From Eledone cirrhosa (lineage: Eukaryota), in contig OZ024745.1 in the NCBI GenBank assembly GCA_964016885.1, positions 85,188,001-85,252,000 of the forward strand: 64,000 nucleotides of DNA. The letters run 5' to 3'. Below the pieces are notes generated by a model that saw only the letters and a program-made list of their open reading frames with translations, did not search any database and had not been told where the DNA came from. Below, in pieces: positions 38,646-53,820 of the stretch. How positions within the stretch are numbered: position 1 is the first letter of the stretch; every line of letters begins with the position of its first letter. Both the position numbers and the translations under genes were made by a program.

Positions 38646-41045
38646 TTAGCTGTATACTTTATGGAAAGTTCTGTGGAATTTATGCAAGCAGATAGAAAAC
38701 AAGTCAGTGCGTCTATTTATTATAGAATCTAGATTAGATATAATGGTAAATTTTTCATTCAGACAGAGATTGCAAGTCTTGGATAGAGAACTGTTCTAGT
38801 TTGGAGAAACAGAGGAAACCTTTTACCAAGAGATGTTATATTTAATATTTTTGTCTTTCAAGGGACCATATGAGTTCTGAGAGAGCCGTGTTGGTTCTTT
38901 TAAGTTTATATTTAAAAGACGAATGATGATTATAAAGACGAGCTTTAAAGGAGGTGGAAGTGGAGCCAAAATAGGTGAAGGAATTGGTGTCAGTTATAAC
39001 TTTACATTCGTAAATTAAGTTTTTATCAAGACAATGGTTGTTGAGAGGACATTTATTTTTAGCAGGGCAATTGCAATTGCGATTAGAGAGATTATTAACG
39101 AGTAACCTAGTGTTATCTATAGAAGGAATTGGATTGGAGAAGTTATTTGCGATAGGAATAATAGTTTCTTGATTTAGAATGGGATTAAGAACATTTAGCG
39201 AAGTTGTGTTTGACGTTGTATTTGGGTTTGCAGAAATTAGCCTAGGGTTTACAATGACGTCGGGAGTACTATTACTATTATTATGATATTCAGTGTTGGA
39301 AGGAAGAGATTTAGTATTTAGTATTTTATTGTTGTGTTTAGAGATAATGTTGGAAATGTTGGAGGATGTCGAACAGGAAAATTTTATAGTGTGTTTGTTA
39401 AATATTTTACTATAAATATGTGAGGGAGGGAAGCATTTATTTAAGGCACTAAAGAATAATTTAGGAATATTATTATTAATAGAGATGGAGAAAGGAGCAT
39501 TATACCAGATTATGTTTTTGTATCTAGGTCTTTTATTAAAGTTATTGGAATGATCATGATTAATTATTCTACTGTAAGATCTTCTAGAATATGTTTCTTT
39601 ATTATATTTGATTTTATCAGGATAGCCGGCTTTAGAAAGCGCGTTATTATAGTAATTGGCGTTAGCATCAAAGATGTTTTTATTAGAAGATAGGTTAGAT
39701 ATTCTTTTTCCAATATTACTAACTATAGCATTCTTAATATTAGTAGGGTGGTTAGATTTAAAATTAACATAATTTAGGTTCTCATTGTTTTTATGGTAAG
39801 GGTAATATAGGCCAGTGTCAAGATTAAGAGATACATCCAAGAAATTAGCTAGTTTGATGCTGTTATCAAATTCAATTTTTAGGTTATGTTGGTTAAAGAG
39901 ATTACGTATATTGTTCTTAATAATATTAAGGTTAACTATGTTGCAATTTAAGATAGTAAAGAGTCCATCGTCACGATAAATTCCACCACGAAGTTGAGGA
40001 ATTTTCCGACTCAAAGAGTTCAAAATAAAGATACCAATTAAATCTGTCAGTTGGGATGAATCGGATGCTCCCATTGTGATGTCGAAGTTGTTAGAGGTAT
40101 CAGCTCTGGTCCAATATTCATTGTTGAACTCAAGGATGGTTTTACGTGCGGTGAGAATGATGTGAAGTTCATATGTGGTGATGTCAGAATATTTAAATGC
40201 GAAAGATAGAGCATTGTTGAGGAGTGAAGGCGAAATAGAAGAATAGTAGCTGGCAATATCAAATTGAACAAATTTTAGTTTGTTTTTATTATTCAATTTG
40301 TTGAACCAGTCAATCACTTCAGAAGTACCAAACCATAAATTTAAGTTCAAAGAAGAGCAATTAGAACGAACCTGTGGGATAATTCTATCCACGATGGCTT
40401 TACTAACAACCCCCAGATCTGATTTAGAGGGGGCGATTAATCTAACAGGTAGTTCAGTGTGAAAATTGTTTTTGTGATCCTTGAGATTTATCCTCGGAGT
40501 TCTTGGGAGGAATGTTTCGGTCTTTTTTCCGATGCTAAGTTTTGACATAATCTCAGAGGCTTCAAAGTTTATGGATTCTAAATAATCATGGTTGGTTTTA
40601 CGATATTTTTTCCTAAGTTCCTTTAGGATAAGGTTGTTATAATTATCCTTGGAAATACCATATAAATTATTGGTTTTGTCAGAGTGGACTAAAACATTTT
40701 TTGAGGAATTTAGATTTGAAATTGTGTTCTTGGGATTTACAAGGTGCTCTTGTCCTTTGTAAGGGTATCTCTTGAATTTAAGATTTTTTATAATATTTGT
40801 TAACTCTTCCTCGAATTGCACTAGATTTTTGTTGGAAGAGGATTTCTTCTAGAATTAAATAGATGATCGAGGAAGTTATGTTCCTTGGTATAGAAGTTCC
40901 CTTTTAGGCGCTGGTCATAGAAATAAGCTATCCATCTAAGTCTTCTTACAAAGGAGTCAGTTTTTTCAATTAGAAGTTTGGTGAATTCAGATTTACCAGG
41001 TATAGGAATGTCTTTAGTTGAATTGGTTATGTTGTAATAATCCAT
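38646..41045 (-). pseudogene. PLE RT-GIY-YIG polyprotein, frameshifts near 40840 and 38845
   Basis: STKDIP, RRLRW, SDKT, LKDHK, PVRLI, QFDIASYYSSI, FDITMGASD, GIYRDDGL, NFLDV, SNHP, CNCPAKNKCPL, LIY...YFGST, CNLCLNEK. Confidence 0.93.
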
Positions 41046-41252
41046 GTTGTAGAAGAAAAAGGTAAAGGACCATCAAAAGGTATCCAATATGGGAGTTAGC
41101 GCTCAACCGTTAAGGAGCAAGTTAATGTAGGAGGTGAGTTTTATTGTAGTACAATAAAGCAATGCAGATATCGGATAAGAAGCACTCTACAGTTTGTAGG
41201 ACTGGAGTATACATAATACATAAGATCAAAAGATGGTTAAATGAGTTCCATG

Positions 41253-41323
41253 TATTTTATTATGCGCATTTCAAAAACAAATATCATCATGCAATAACAT
41301 TTGTGTTTTCATCAGATAAAATA
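41253..41323 (-). ncRNA. Type I hammerhead ribozyme (5' pLTR)
   Basis: Identical to 37673-37743. Confidence 0.9.
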
Positions 41324-41972
41324 GGAGGACATGATATGAAGGTTAAAAACACTTGTGGATAGTGCAGTTTTAAATCAACATATGAAAAGTAGTTTTAGAT
41401 TGATGTGTGATATTAAGGAAACATTTTTTTTGAGGGGGGGTTGGGGTTGGAAAGGATGAAAAAGAGGAGGAGATGAGAGTAAACAGTGGAGGGGGAGGAG
41501 TATAATGAGGAAGGATGAGATAGGAGGAGAGATGGCTGATAGAGAGAGAGAGAGATAGCTTTTATAACTGAGAAAAATATATTGTTTTACATAGAGAGGT
41601 TGAAAACCGTTGGAAGATAATGTATAAATTAAAAAATTTGAAAATTAACGAAGAGAAAAATAATGTAAAGTTAAGGTTTGTATATTGAAGGGTTTAATAA
41701 TATGTGCAATGAAAAGAAATTGTTAATATGTATTAAGAATAATATTTAAGGGTTTAATAATATGTGCGATGGAAAGAAAATGTTGATACGCATTATTAAA
41801 AAAACAGAAGTAATGTAAGTAAGGATATATTGTGAGATGAGCATGAATAAGTTAGATGAAAGTGAGAAAAAAATAATGAATAGAGGATGAATTATCTAAC
41901 GTAAAAAAAAAAATTGTTTATGTTTACGAAGGATTTTTTCAAGGTGATATAAAGTAAGAATATTGTGTATTG

Positions 41973-43097
<1,125 letters not shown>

Positions 43098-43135
43098 GTA
43101 TATGTATATATATGTATATATATATATATATATGT

Positions 43136-43261
<126 letters not shown>

Positions 43262-43337
43262 GTATATATATATGTATATATATATATGTATATATATGTA
43301 TATATATATGTATATGTATATATATATGTATATATAT

Positions 43338-44165
43338 ATTGTTATACTATGGGAGGGTCATGTTGCCAATAAGAAACACACGCACCAGTTGCTTTCACTT
43401 CAATTTATTTTAATAAATTTATAAATTTAGGAATTTATAAATTTCCGGTTTGTTGGTTCCACAACCAGATGGTTGTTTATATATTGTCAAAGTTCTTTCG
43501 TCACACATTCTGTGACCATTTCAGTGACTGGGGATTCTTTTCTTTGTTTTTTGTGCCTCTCCTTTGTTCCGTCATCCGCCATCTTGTTTTTGTGTGTGTG
43601 TTGTGTGCTTAGTTTGCGCATGTATTACATCCGGGTGTCTGTGTGTGTTTATATTCGTTTATTTATTTGTTTATTTACATGTTACTGGTTGGTTATTTGT
43701 TCTATGTGCGTGTGTGTTTTCATTTTGTCCTCAATTGTTAGTTGTGATGTTGCTGTTCCATTCATGTTATCTATTTAATTTTGGTTGTAATTCATTTATG
43801 TTTATTGCCTCTGTGATTTGTCTAAACATTGCGTCTTTTCTGTGTGTAGATTCTATTTTTATTTCTATGTTCTCTAATTTACCCTAAAGAAAAGAATCCC
43901 CAGTCACTGAAGTGGTCACAGAATGTGTGACGAAAGAACTTTGACAATATATAAACAACGATCTGGTTGTGGAACCAACCAACCAACCAACCGGAAATTT
44001 TTAAATTCTATAAATTTATAAATTTATTATAAGTTGAAGTGAAAGCAACTGGTGCGTGTGTTTTTCATTGGCAACATGACCCTCCCAAAGTAAAAGTATA
44101 ACAATATCGGTTTCAACACATGTTTTCAGATAAAGAATCTTGCTAAACAAATTCAGAAACGAAAT
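43338..44165. mobile_element. Naiad-like PLE 3' ends as a fold-back (43338-43885 minus, 43886-44165 plus)
   Basis: Matches 51550-52170; both HHR cores mutated (CTGAAAT, CTGAAGT). Confidence 0.85.
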
Positions 44166-44191
44166 ATATATATAAATATATATATATATAC

Positions 44192-44275
<84 letters not shown>

Positions 44276-44382
44276 ATATTTATATATATATATGTGTATA
44301 TATATATGTAAATATACAGTATTTACGTATCGAGAAAGAGAAAAAAAGGGGAGGATAGGTGATACATATAGTTATTTGCCAA

Positions 44383-44502
<120 letters not shown>

Positions 44503-44664
44503 CAATATATTTAGAAACACACAGATACATGCGGACACACACATATATACATGAATGCATCCGCACCCAACTGTGAGTAGGGTTATCGACAACTAGAATT
44601 ATCTAATTATAGAATTATCTCCTGTGATTATTCATGTTTATTTATATGTTAATCAATTTCTAGT

Positions 44665-44792
<128 letters not shown>

Positions 44793-44812
44793 TTATATAT
44801 ATATATATATGC

Positions 44813-47800
44813 ATAGACAACCGAAGAGAAGGGAGAGAATAGGGAGAAAGAAAAAGAAAAGGAGCAGAACACAAGCACGGACCTGAAAGAAAATGCGATA
44901 CCCTCCGCCACAGTCAGGGAGGGCAGGCCGGGCAACCAACAAGCAAAGTGTAAAGGTGAAAAGCGAAATCACCTTCCGAAGGAGAACCAAGCGCAGAGGG
45001 ACCAGTGGACAACTGTTCAAAGGTAGAACAGAAAGCACCGAGACACTGGGAGCAAAAAAACCCAAGTAATGTGCAAATTTTTCAAGAACGGGACCTGCTG
45101 TCATGGAGAGACAGGGATGGGATGCAGATTCGCCAACTCCAGGTCTCAAACGAATTATGCCCATCCTACTCGCGCAACATGCCCCAGTCAAAGTCGAAAT
45201 AAGCCGCTCCAGAAGTATGCTGATGTCGCACGTGCCGCACCAACAAGGAGAAGGCACGCACATGCCGACGAAATACAGATGGCAGCAGCAGAGCAGACAC
45301 ATTTTTTAGTGATGGCAGAGAAGATTGTGGGACAACTGACCTGGCTGCATCGTTTCCAGAGCCAGGGTCACCCACACCAGCACTCGAGACCACCACAGCT
45401 AAGGGGCCCAGAGTGGCCGGGGCTGACACCAGACCAGGTCTCATACCGACAGCCATTACTGGCACCCCAAAAGTCACACCAGTGCTGCTGCTGAATGTCA
45501 GGGGCCTGGTGAAACTCAGTAACATGAGTAAAATTTCCTACCTGGGAGACTTAGCCATAAGCAATCCAGCATTATGCATGGCAGTAACCGAAACGCACCT
45601 GACAAGCAGTATAGCAGATGCAGAAATACATATACCGAAATATACTGTATTTCGTTGGGACAGGAAGGAGAGAACTCATGGTGGGGTTGCTCTGTATATC
45701 CGTGAAGATGTTACACCAATTGTACTGTTGACACATTCAAACTCAGTCTGTGACACACTGATAGTACATATGAAGCAACTACAGACAGTAATATGTGTCA
45801 CATATCGGCAGCTCGATGCCTCCAGTCTTGAGGGTAAATTTGAGCATAGCCTAAGTAGGATAGAAGAGGCCCTTGACAAACTTGTCCAGGATCTCAACAT
45901 TCTATTGCTGGGAGACTTCAACCTACCAAAGGTCAAATGGCCTGAGGGCCACCTCCTACCTGGAATGATGTCAATAGAACAGAGACAGACGGAATCCTTG
46001 CTGGCCCTCACATACAGGCTGTTCATGGAGCAAGTAATACTCCTACCAACAAGAGGCGAAAATGTCCTGTACCTCTGTTTTACAAACAACGAAGTGCTCA
46101 TCCACAATGTAAAGGTGACACCAACAATTCTCTCGGATCATAACTTAGTAGAGCTAATGATATGTGGTCCGAGAGAACCAACAGAGACAAAACCACCAAG
46201 AAGCTCCGGGACGTTATCCAGCCTTAACTTCTACAAGGCTAACTGGAAAAAGATTAAGAGAGAAAACAGGAAGCAAACATGGAGTGAAAGCCCCGCCACA
46301 TAAGACACTAACACACAATTTCAACACTTCATGACAACGATACACACTATATGCAAAGAGACGTAGAACCAAGCTATCAAACCAGTTGAATAGTCAACAA
46401 AACAAAAACAAGAAGGAATCCTATTTGAAATGTGCACTACTTGGCACCAAGATTGCACGCAAGCTTTCCCATGAGAATGAGAGGGCAAAGAAAGAGAACA
46501 CGGCCATAGAAAACATTAAAATAAACCCTAAGGCCTTCTTTAAATTTGCAAAAGAAACTGCCTCGGTACACTGCAAGATTGGGCCACTCTTCCATAAGGA
46601 CGGTTCATTAACCGAAAACACCCAAGAGATATGTGAAATACTGAACGAACAGCACAAAAGTGTGTTCACATGTCCACTGAGGCACATGCAAATAACGAAG
46701 CCAGAGGAGTTCTTTGATGCCACAACACTACATGAAGAAATGGCGACCATCAACCACATAGCCATAACGGAGGAGGATGTGGTGTACGCCATTGATGAAA
46801 TTAGAACAGACTCAGCTGCTGTACCTGATAGATTCCCAGCAGTTCTCTTAAAAACATGTAAGCGGGCCTTAGCAACTCCACTGAAGATGCTCTTCAGAAG
46901 CTCCTTGGCTAGCGGTGTACTACCCAGGGAGTTGAAAGAAAACACAATATGCCCTATCCATAAAAGAGGTAGCAGAGCGGAGGCCAAAAACTATAGGCCA
47001 GTCTCCCTGGCGTCGCATATCAGTAAGGTCATGGAGCGAGTCGTCAGAAAGTAATTAATCACTTTCCTCGAGGAAAATGACCGCCTGACCAGCACGCAAC
47101 ATGGCTTCCGCTCAGGAAGAAGCTGCCTTACACAGCTGCTACATCACTACGACTGGGTTCTGAAACAACTACTAGACAGCTCACATGTTGACGTGATATA
47201 TCTTGACTTTGCGAAGGCCTTTGACAAGGTCGACCACGGAATGATATGTCACAAACTACACGGACTCGGCATAACTGGAAAAGTAGGTGAGTGGCTGCAT
47301 GACTTCCGAAAAAACAGAAGCCAGGCAGTCGCAGCAAACGGGGCCCTCTCAAAGGAAACACCAATAACAAGTGGGGTGCCCCAGGGGACAGTCCTGGGAC
47401 CACTACTGTTTTTGGTGGTTCTCTCAGACATGCCCTCTGTAGTATATACAACAACATCCCTCACTATCTATGCTGATGACACTAAGGTAGCACAGGCAAT
47501 AAAAAACCCGGCTGACGCTCCCCTTTTGCAGCAGGATCCGGATGCCATATACAAATGGGCGGAAGTAAACAACATGCAGTTTAATGCTGGCAAATTCCAA
47601 GCCCTACAATAAAAACCTCCAAACAAACCTGCAAACACAAATATAGTACAACACAACTACACAGGACCAGGAGTGACCGATATCCCCGTGTCGAAATCGA
47701 TACGAGACCTGGGCATAGACATCAGCGATGATGCATGTTTTTCTTCACACATCATGAAAGTGGCGACGACTCGCTGGCTGGATCTTGAGGACTTTCCGGA

Positions 47801-48457
47801 CAAGATACCGAGACACCATGTTGACACTATGGAGGACATTTGTCCTAAGCCGCCTGGACTACCGCTTCCAGTTGTAGTCACCCCATAGTGTCAAATTAAC
47901 CACGGAGCTTGGGGCAATCCAGCGAAGCTACACCAAGAGGATTGTCACGAGACAAGGTACTGGGAGAGGCTAAAGGAACTGAACCTCTACTCCTTGGAAC
48001 GAAGACGGGAGAGATACGCAGTGATCTACATGTGGAAAATCCTGGAGGGACTAGCACCAAACTTTGGCATAGGGAGCTGGACCAACCGTCGAACTGAACG
48101 TCAATAAGTGGTGCCAAAGGTCCCGTCTTCCACATCTAGAATAAGGAGCAGGTATTGCAATAGCCTGGGATTCAAGGGCCCTCAAATCTTCAACAAGCTG
48201 CCGAGGGATCTGAGAGATTTGCATGACGTGGAGGTGGATGTATTCAAGAAACATCTCGACACCTTCTTATCCAGGATCCCGGATGAACCCAAAGCAAGAC
48301 ACGAGGGAAACCTAAGGGCAGCAGCAACAAACTCCCTCTTACACCAGGGGCCAACCTATACAGGCTGGTGATAAAATGTGTAGAAACAAGGGCGGTGCGC
48401 CAGCATGGCCTCAGCCGGATGGTTGAAACAGGTGAAAGAGTAAAAGAATAAAAGAGT
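44813..48457 (+). mobile_element. CR1-group LINE, longest copy: CCCH-finger region, APE (45480-46160), RT (46700-47600), 3' end
   Basis: LLNVRGL, VTETHL, GGVALYI, LLGDFNLP, ILSDHNLV; [34 protein letters not shown]; stops, frameshifts and deletions. Confidence 0.93.
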
Positions 48458-48484
48458 ATATATATATGTACACATATATATATA

Positions 48485-48566
<82 letters not shown>

Positions 48567-48567
48567 T

Positions 48568-48626
<59 letters not shown>

Positions 48627-48677
48627 AATACATATATATATATATATATGTACACACATATATATATATATATATTA

Positions 48678-48895
48678 TGAAGAGAGAAGAAACATTTAGA
48701 TATAATTAGTAATAAAATGTATCATACCTAAACTGCTTCTGAATTCCTCGACTACGTAGTTTCGTGGCATAAACAAAAACAATATATCATAAAGATATAG
48801 AGTCCTTGCGAGGTCTGCCGACTTATCAAGAGGATACCTCATTTTACTAGTCTCAAGAACGCGTCTACACGACGTGAGAAAGAATCCCAAAAGCT
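48678..48895 (-). mobile_element. Short 3'-end insert with U3-A8 HHR at 48745-48834
   Basis: TCCTC-TTGATAA-GTcGGCA...TGCCAC-GAAA-CTACGTAG-TC-GAGGA. Confidence 0.75.
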
Positions 48896-48899
48896 AGTG

Positions 48900-49357
48900 T
48901 GATATGTGTAGTTCTAGTAGATATAGCACATGTTACTGGTCAGTCGCTGATTTGAACTTGAAGTGTAAACACGAATCGCTGCAACTTCTTCCTTGTTGAA
49001 AATCCAAGTATCCACTTCCGTGGTTTACCATCCGATTAATTGGTGAAATATATTTCTTTAATGGAATATATACAGGGAAGATTAATCATATTATAAGGTA
49101 TCTATTTTTGAACTTCTGGTCAACTTTATGTAGATACCTACCTAGCTATGTGTGGTTACACACTTGTAAAAATTATCTCCTGTGATTATTCATGTTTATT
49201 TATATGTTAATCAATTTCTAGTTATTATAAAATTCTCGGACCTACTCGTTAGAATCTTAGAACTTATTTTGCGGATGATATGGCGCATGTCTTTCTGGCA
49301 TGACACCCATAATTTTGATTTGGATTGAATTCATTTGATTTATCTTAATCTTGGATA
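48900..49357 (+). mobile_element. Family C copy with U3-A8 HHR at 48987-49081
   Basis: Matches 10715-11175; core TTGAAAA conserved. Confidence 0.85.
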
Positions 49358-49371
49358 TAAATATATATATG

Positions 49372-49552
<181 letters not shown>

Positions 49553-49573
49553 GTATATATTTATATATATATG

Positions 49574-49624
<51 letters not shown>

Positions 49625-49706
49625 GTATATATATAATATTATAATGAAATGACAGGAGGCTGGATTTGTGTAAATCCTTGAAAGGTGAACCTCAAACCTG
49701 AATATG

Positions 49707-49809
<103 letters not shown>

Positions 49810-49815
49810 ACATAC

Positions 49816-51698
49816 ATATCGAAAAGACCATAAAACGGGCTGTGACCCTGTCGCGGGACCACCAACACGGCCAGTCTGTGGAGCTAACATTGCTAGTAAC
49901 TACAGACTGTCCTACTTCCTCTCCCTGATCATACGCCCCATCATTGAGATGTCCCCAGATGTATGTGACAGCACGGAGGACCTCCTCAGCAGAATCGGCG
50001 TGAGTAACCGATCTGGGGACCTAACAAACTGCATAAAAGGCAGTATGGATGTTGTGTCCCTGTATCCATCTATTGACGTGGATTTTGCTGTAGAGAAATG
50101 CGTAGAAATGATCAGCGAGAGCAAGGTTGAGTTCCGTGGGATTGATACCAGTGAGCTGGGACTTCTACTTAAGCTTACCCATAGTAATATTTACCTAGAC
50201 ACGTATGACCTTAGCAACCTGTGCCCTACAAGACCAGCAAGAGGCAGACCACCTACCATTACCTCAATGGCCAAGAAAACCCACACAGATAGATGGAACG
50301 GGTGGACCAGAGCCATACGGACACCCGAAAACCACGATGAACTGAAGAAAATGATTGCACATGCGGTAGGGGCCAGCATAAAATTAACCCTTAAGGAACA
50401 TATGTTCAAATTTAATGGAAAAACATATGCCCAAGAGGAAGGAGCAGCCATTGGTGTTAGCATTGCAGGCGACATAGCTAACTTATTCATGGTATGGTGG
50501 GACAGTAGACTTAAACTTAAACTTAAAGAACAATTAGAAGACAGCTTAACCCTGATAATGTACTCCCGCTACGTAGATGATATAAACATCGTAGTTAAGA
50601 CACCCCCACTAGAGAACAGTCAGGAACTAGAGAAAAACACAATGGAAAGCTTCCAGCAAATAGCAAACTCCATCCACCAGAGCATTAGAGTTACTATAGA
50701 CTACCCAAGTAGACACCCCAACCATCGATTACCTGTACTAGACACAGAGCTCTGGTTAGATACCATTAACAACCAAAAACAAATCCTCCATTCCCATTAT
50801 GCCAAACCCATGACTTCCAAACATCTGATCCACCGAAACTCGGCCATTTCGGACCATACCAAAATCAACATACTGATTGCGGATTTGGTACGGGTGATGA
50901 GAAATGTGTCCCGCATGTGCAACCCCGAAGAACTAGAGAGACACATACAACACTTCATCCACCGTATGCAGTTCTCTGGCTACAATCAGAGAGATAGAAT
51001 CAGCGTGTATAGAGGAGCCAGAACCAAATGGGAAAAAATGGTAAATAATGACATAAATGGGACCTGCCCCTTGTATAGGAGCACATTTTGGAATAGAATA
51101 GAAATCACTAGGAACAAGGCCAATAGAATAAACTCATGGTATGATAGCAATAAATACCAGAGTGTAATGTTCATCGATACAACCCCTAGAGGCGAACTAG
51201 CCTACAAATTGAGAAGGGCCCTAAATAAACATAAACTCAATATTAAGATAGTAGAAAGACCAGGTACCTCCGTAAAAAACACTTATTAGCAAGACATACC
51301 CGTTCCAAAGACCCTCATGTATAGATAAGAAATGTATAACCTGTAAAATAAGCCCCCATATTAACTGTAAAACTAGAAATGTAGTGTATAGCATAAGATG
51401 TACTGGAGGACAATGTAGAAACAAAAATATAGTGTACATAGGTGAGACAGCTCGTAGTATAGGGGAACGGATAAATGAACACTGGCGAGACCTTCAAGAT
51501 AATAAAGAATCATCTGTACTCTACCAACATGCTAAGATAGAACACAAGGGTAAATTAGAGAACATAGAAATAAAAATAGAATCTACACACAGAAAAGATG
51601 CAATGTTTAGACAAATTACAGAGGCAATAAACATAAAAGAATTACAACCAAAATTAAATAGAAAATATGAGTGGAACAACATCACAACTTACAATTAA
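49816..51698 (+). CDS. Naiad-like PLE RT + GIY-YIG, one frameshift in an A-run near 51280
   Basis: [82 protein letters not shown]...[11 protein letters not shown]. Confidence 0.88.
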
Positions 51699-51904
51699 GG
51701 ACAAAATGAAAACACACACACACACATAGAACAAACAACCAACCAATAACATGTAAATAAATAAACAAATAGATAAATGAACACAAACACACACAGACAC
51801 CCGGATGTGGTGCATGCGCAAACTGAGCACACAACACACACACAGAAACAAAATGGCGTAGGACAGAAGAAAGGAAAGGCACAGAAACAAAGAAAGGAAT
51901 CTCC

Positions 51905-51949
51905 AGTCACTGAAGAGGTCACAGAGTGTGTGACGAAAGGACTATGACT
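51905..51949 (+). ncRNA. Minimal type I hammerhead ribozyme (Naiad-like 3'UTR)
   Basis: AGTCA-CTGAAGA-g-GTCACA...TGTGAC-GAAA-GGAC-TA-TGACT; further copies near 43485, 43902, 59765, 62228. Confidence 0.72.
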
Positions 51950-52169
51950 ATATATAAACAACTATCTGGTTGTGGAACCAACCAACCAACCAGAAATTTA
52001 TAAATTTGTAGATTTGTAAATTTATAAATTTATAAATATATAATAAATTGAAGTGAAAGCAACTGGTGCGTGTGTTTCTTATTGGCAACATGACCCTCCC
52101 AAAGTATAACAATATCGGTTTCAACACAGGATTTCAGATAAAGAATCTTGCTAAACGAATTCAGAAACG

Positions 52170-52217
<48 letters not shown>

Positions 52218-52236
52218 AATATATATATCTATGTAT

Positions 52237-52332
<96 letters not shown>

Positions 52333-52352
52333 ACATATATATATATATATAT

Positions 52353-53820
52353 ACAAACAAACCAATTAACAACACACCGAAACAATTAAAACCATCCACT
52401 CTCGCCTCAACATCTTTGCTTAACGCCCAAGGCATCAGCCCTTCCACAAATACTCAAAAATGGAAGATAAAATTCCTGGAGGACTGGGTTGATGTCCATC
52501 CAAACCACATCCCTTTCTTCGTCCTCACTGAAACCCATCTCAGTAACCTCCACTCGGAAGCCGAGGTGAAAGTGAAAAATTTCAAAGCCATCCGTGCTGT
52601 TCGCGCTGGCAGAAGAAAGGGTGGGACTGACATTTATGTCCATAATTCTTTCTCAACAGAGGCTATGAACATATTTTCTAATGGATACTGTGAAGCAGTC
52701 ACTGTATTCAGTCAAACCAACAACCTAATGGTAGTTGGGCTCTATAGGCCACCCCAAACGCCTCTACCATGCTTCAAGGAATGCCTCAACAGCATAAAGT
52801 GTTTCATCCAAGAGTATCACCATGACAACATCTTAATGATGGGGGACTTCAACCTCCCCGGAGTTGACTGGTCCACAAACAGCCTGCCACCACGTTCTTC
52901 TGCCTCAACCTCTGACAGGGAAGCAGTGGAATCGCTTCTTGACTTCATGGATGATTTCTTTCTGTCCCAACTGGTGCTCGAACCAACGAGGTGCCACAAA
53001 AACGTCCTAGACTTAATTTTCAGCAATCACACTGACACTATCCACAATATTGCAGTGGAGAAAACTCTACTCTCTGATGATGACATGGTTCTCTGTGATC
53101 TAAGATTCCACCGTCCAATATACAAACCCAATGTCATCTCTCCTGTCCATCCGTTTGACGCTATGGATTTCCACAATGCAAACTGGGAAGCGATCAGTCA
53201 TGATCTTGCACATGTCGACTGGTCCTTCACGCACACTCACACACCCACTAACATCAAAAAGTCCTGGCAGACATTTGTGGACACTGTTACAAACATATGT
53301 GCAAAACACACCCCATTAAGAACTATAAACAAATCTAAGAGCAGAATCCCTAAAAATAGAAAAACGCTCATCAGGAAAATTAAGAGAACTTACAAAAAAA
53401 ATAAACAAGCTGAAATACTGTCAGCAGCAACACATCAACTTGACTACCATTTCATCACTAGAGATTAAAAAGCATAACCTCCAAAACAATATGATGTCTA
53501 TCATCAACAATCAGAGAAGAGCCGAAGAGGCCTGGGCCATTGAGAAGATCAGACTCAATCCCAAAATGTTCTTTTCATTTGCAAAAAAAACACAAAATCA
53601 CTGGCTCTACTGTTAGCCCTCTAATTGATGAAAATGGCACTCTTCATGACAATGCTAAAACCATGGGTGAGATACTGCAGAAACAATACTGCTCTGTTTT
53701 CAGCAATCCTGATATGGCCGATCTGGGCTGTATCGGCGATGTTACTCCCCATTACACCTTATCGGACATAACGTTTGGCGCCCCTGATGTCTTAGCGGCA
53801 ATAAAGAAAAAAAACACAGT
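52353..53820 (+). pseudogene. Second CR1-group LINE family: APE endonuclease and linker, truncated before RT
   Basis: LLNAQGI, LTETHL, GGT.IYV, YRPP, MGDFNLP, PTR...LDLIF, SDD; NPKMFFSF. Confidence 0.88.

Larger units (their letters stand above)
37641..41972 (-). mobile_element. Near full-length Hydra-like PLE with direct pLTRs (41221-41972 and 37641-38410), 3580-bp period
   Basis: Direct repeats each carrying the same HHR; single long ORF between them; 3' end in (TA)n. Confidence 0.92.
49816..52170 (+). mobile_element. 5'-truncated Naiad-like PLE
   Basis: RT+EN, about 470-bp 3'UTR with HHR, (TA)n on both sides. Confidence 0.88.

Noticed and set aside
51270-51290. Programmed frameshift between RT and EN
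   Set aside because: One-base indel in an A-run; the related element is in frame across this position (ORF 60583-60969), so mutation or sequencing error is likelier.
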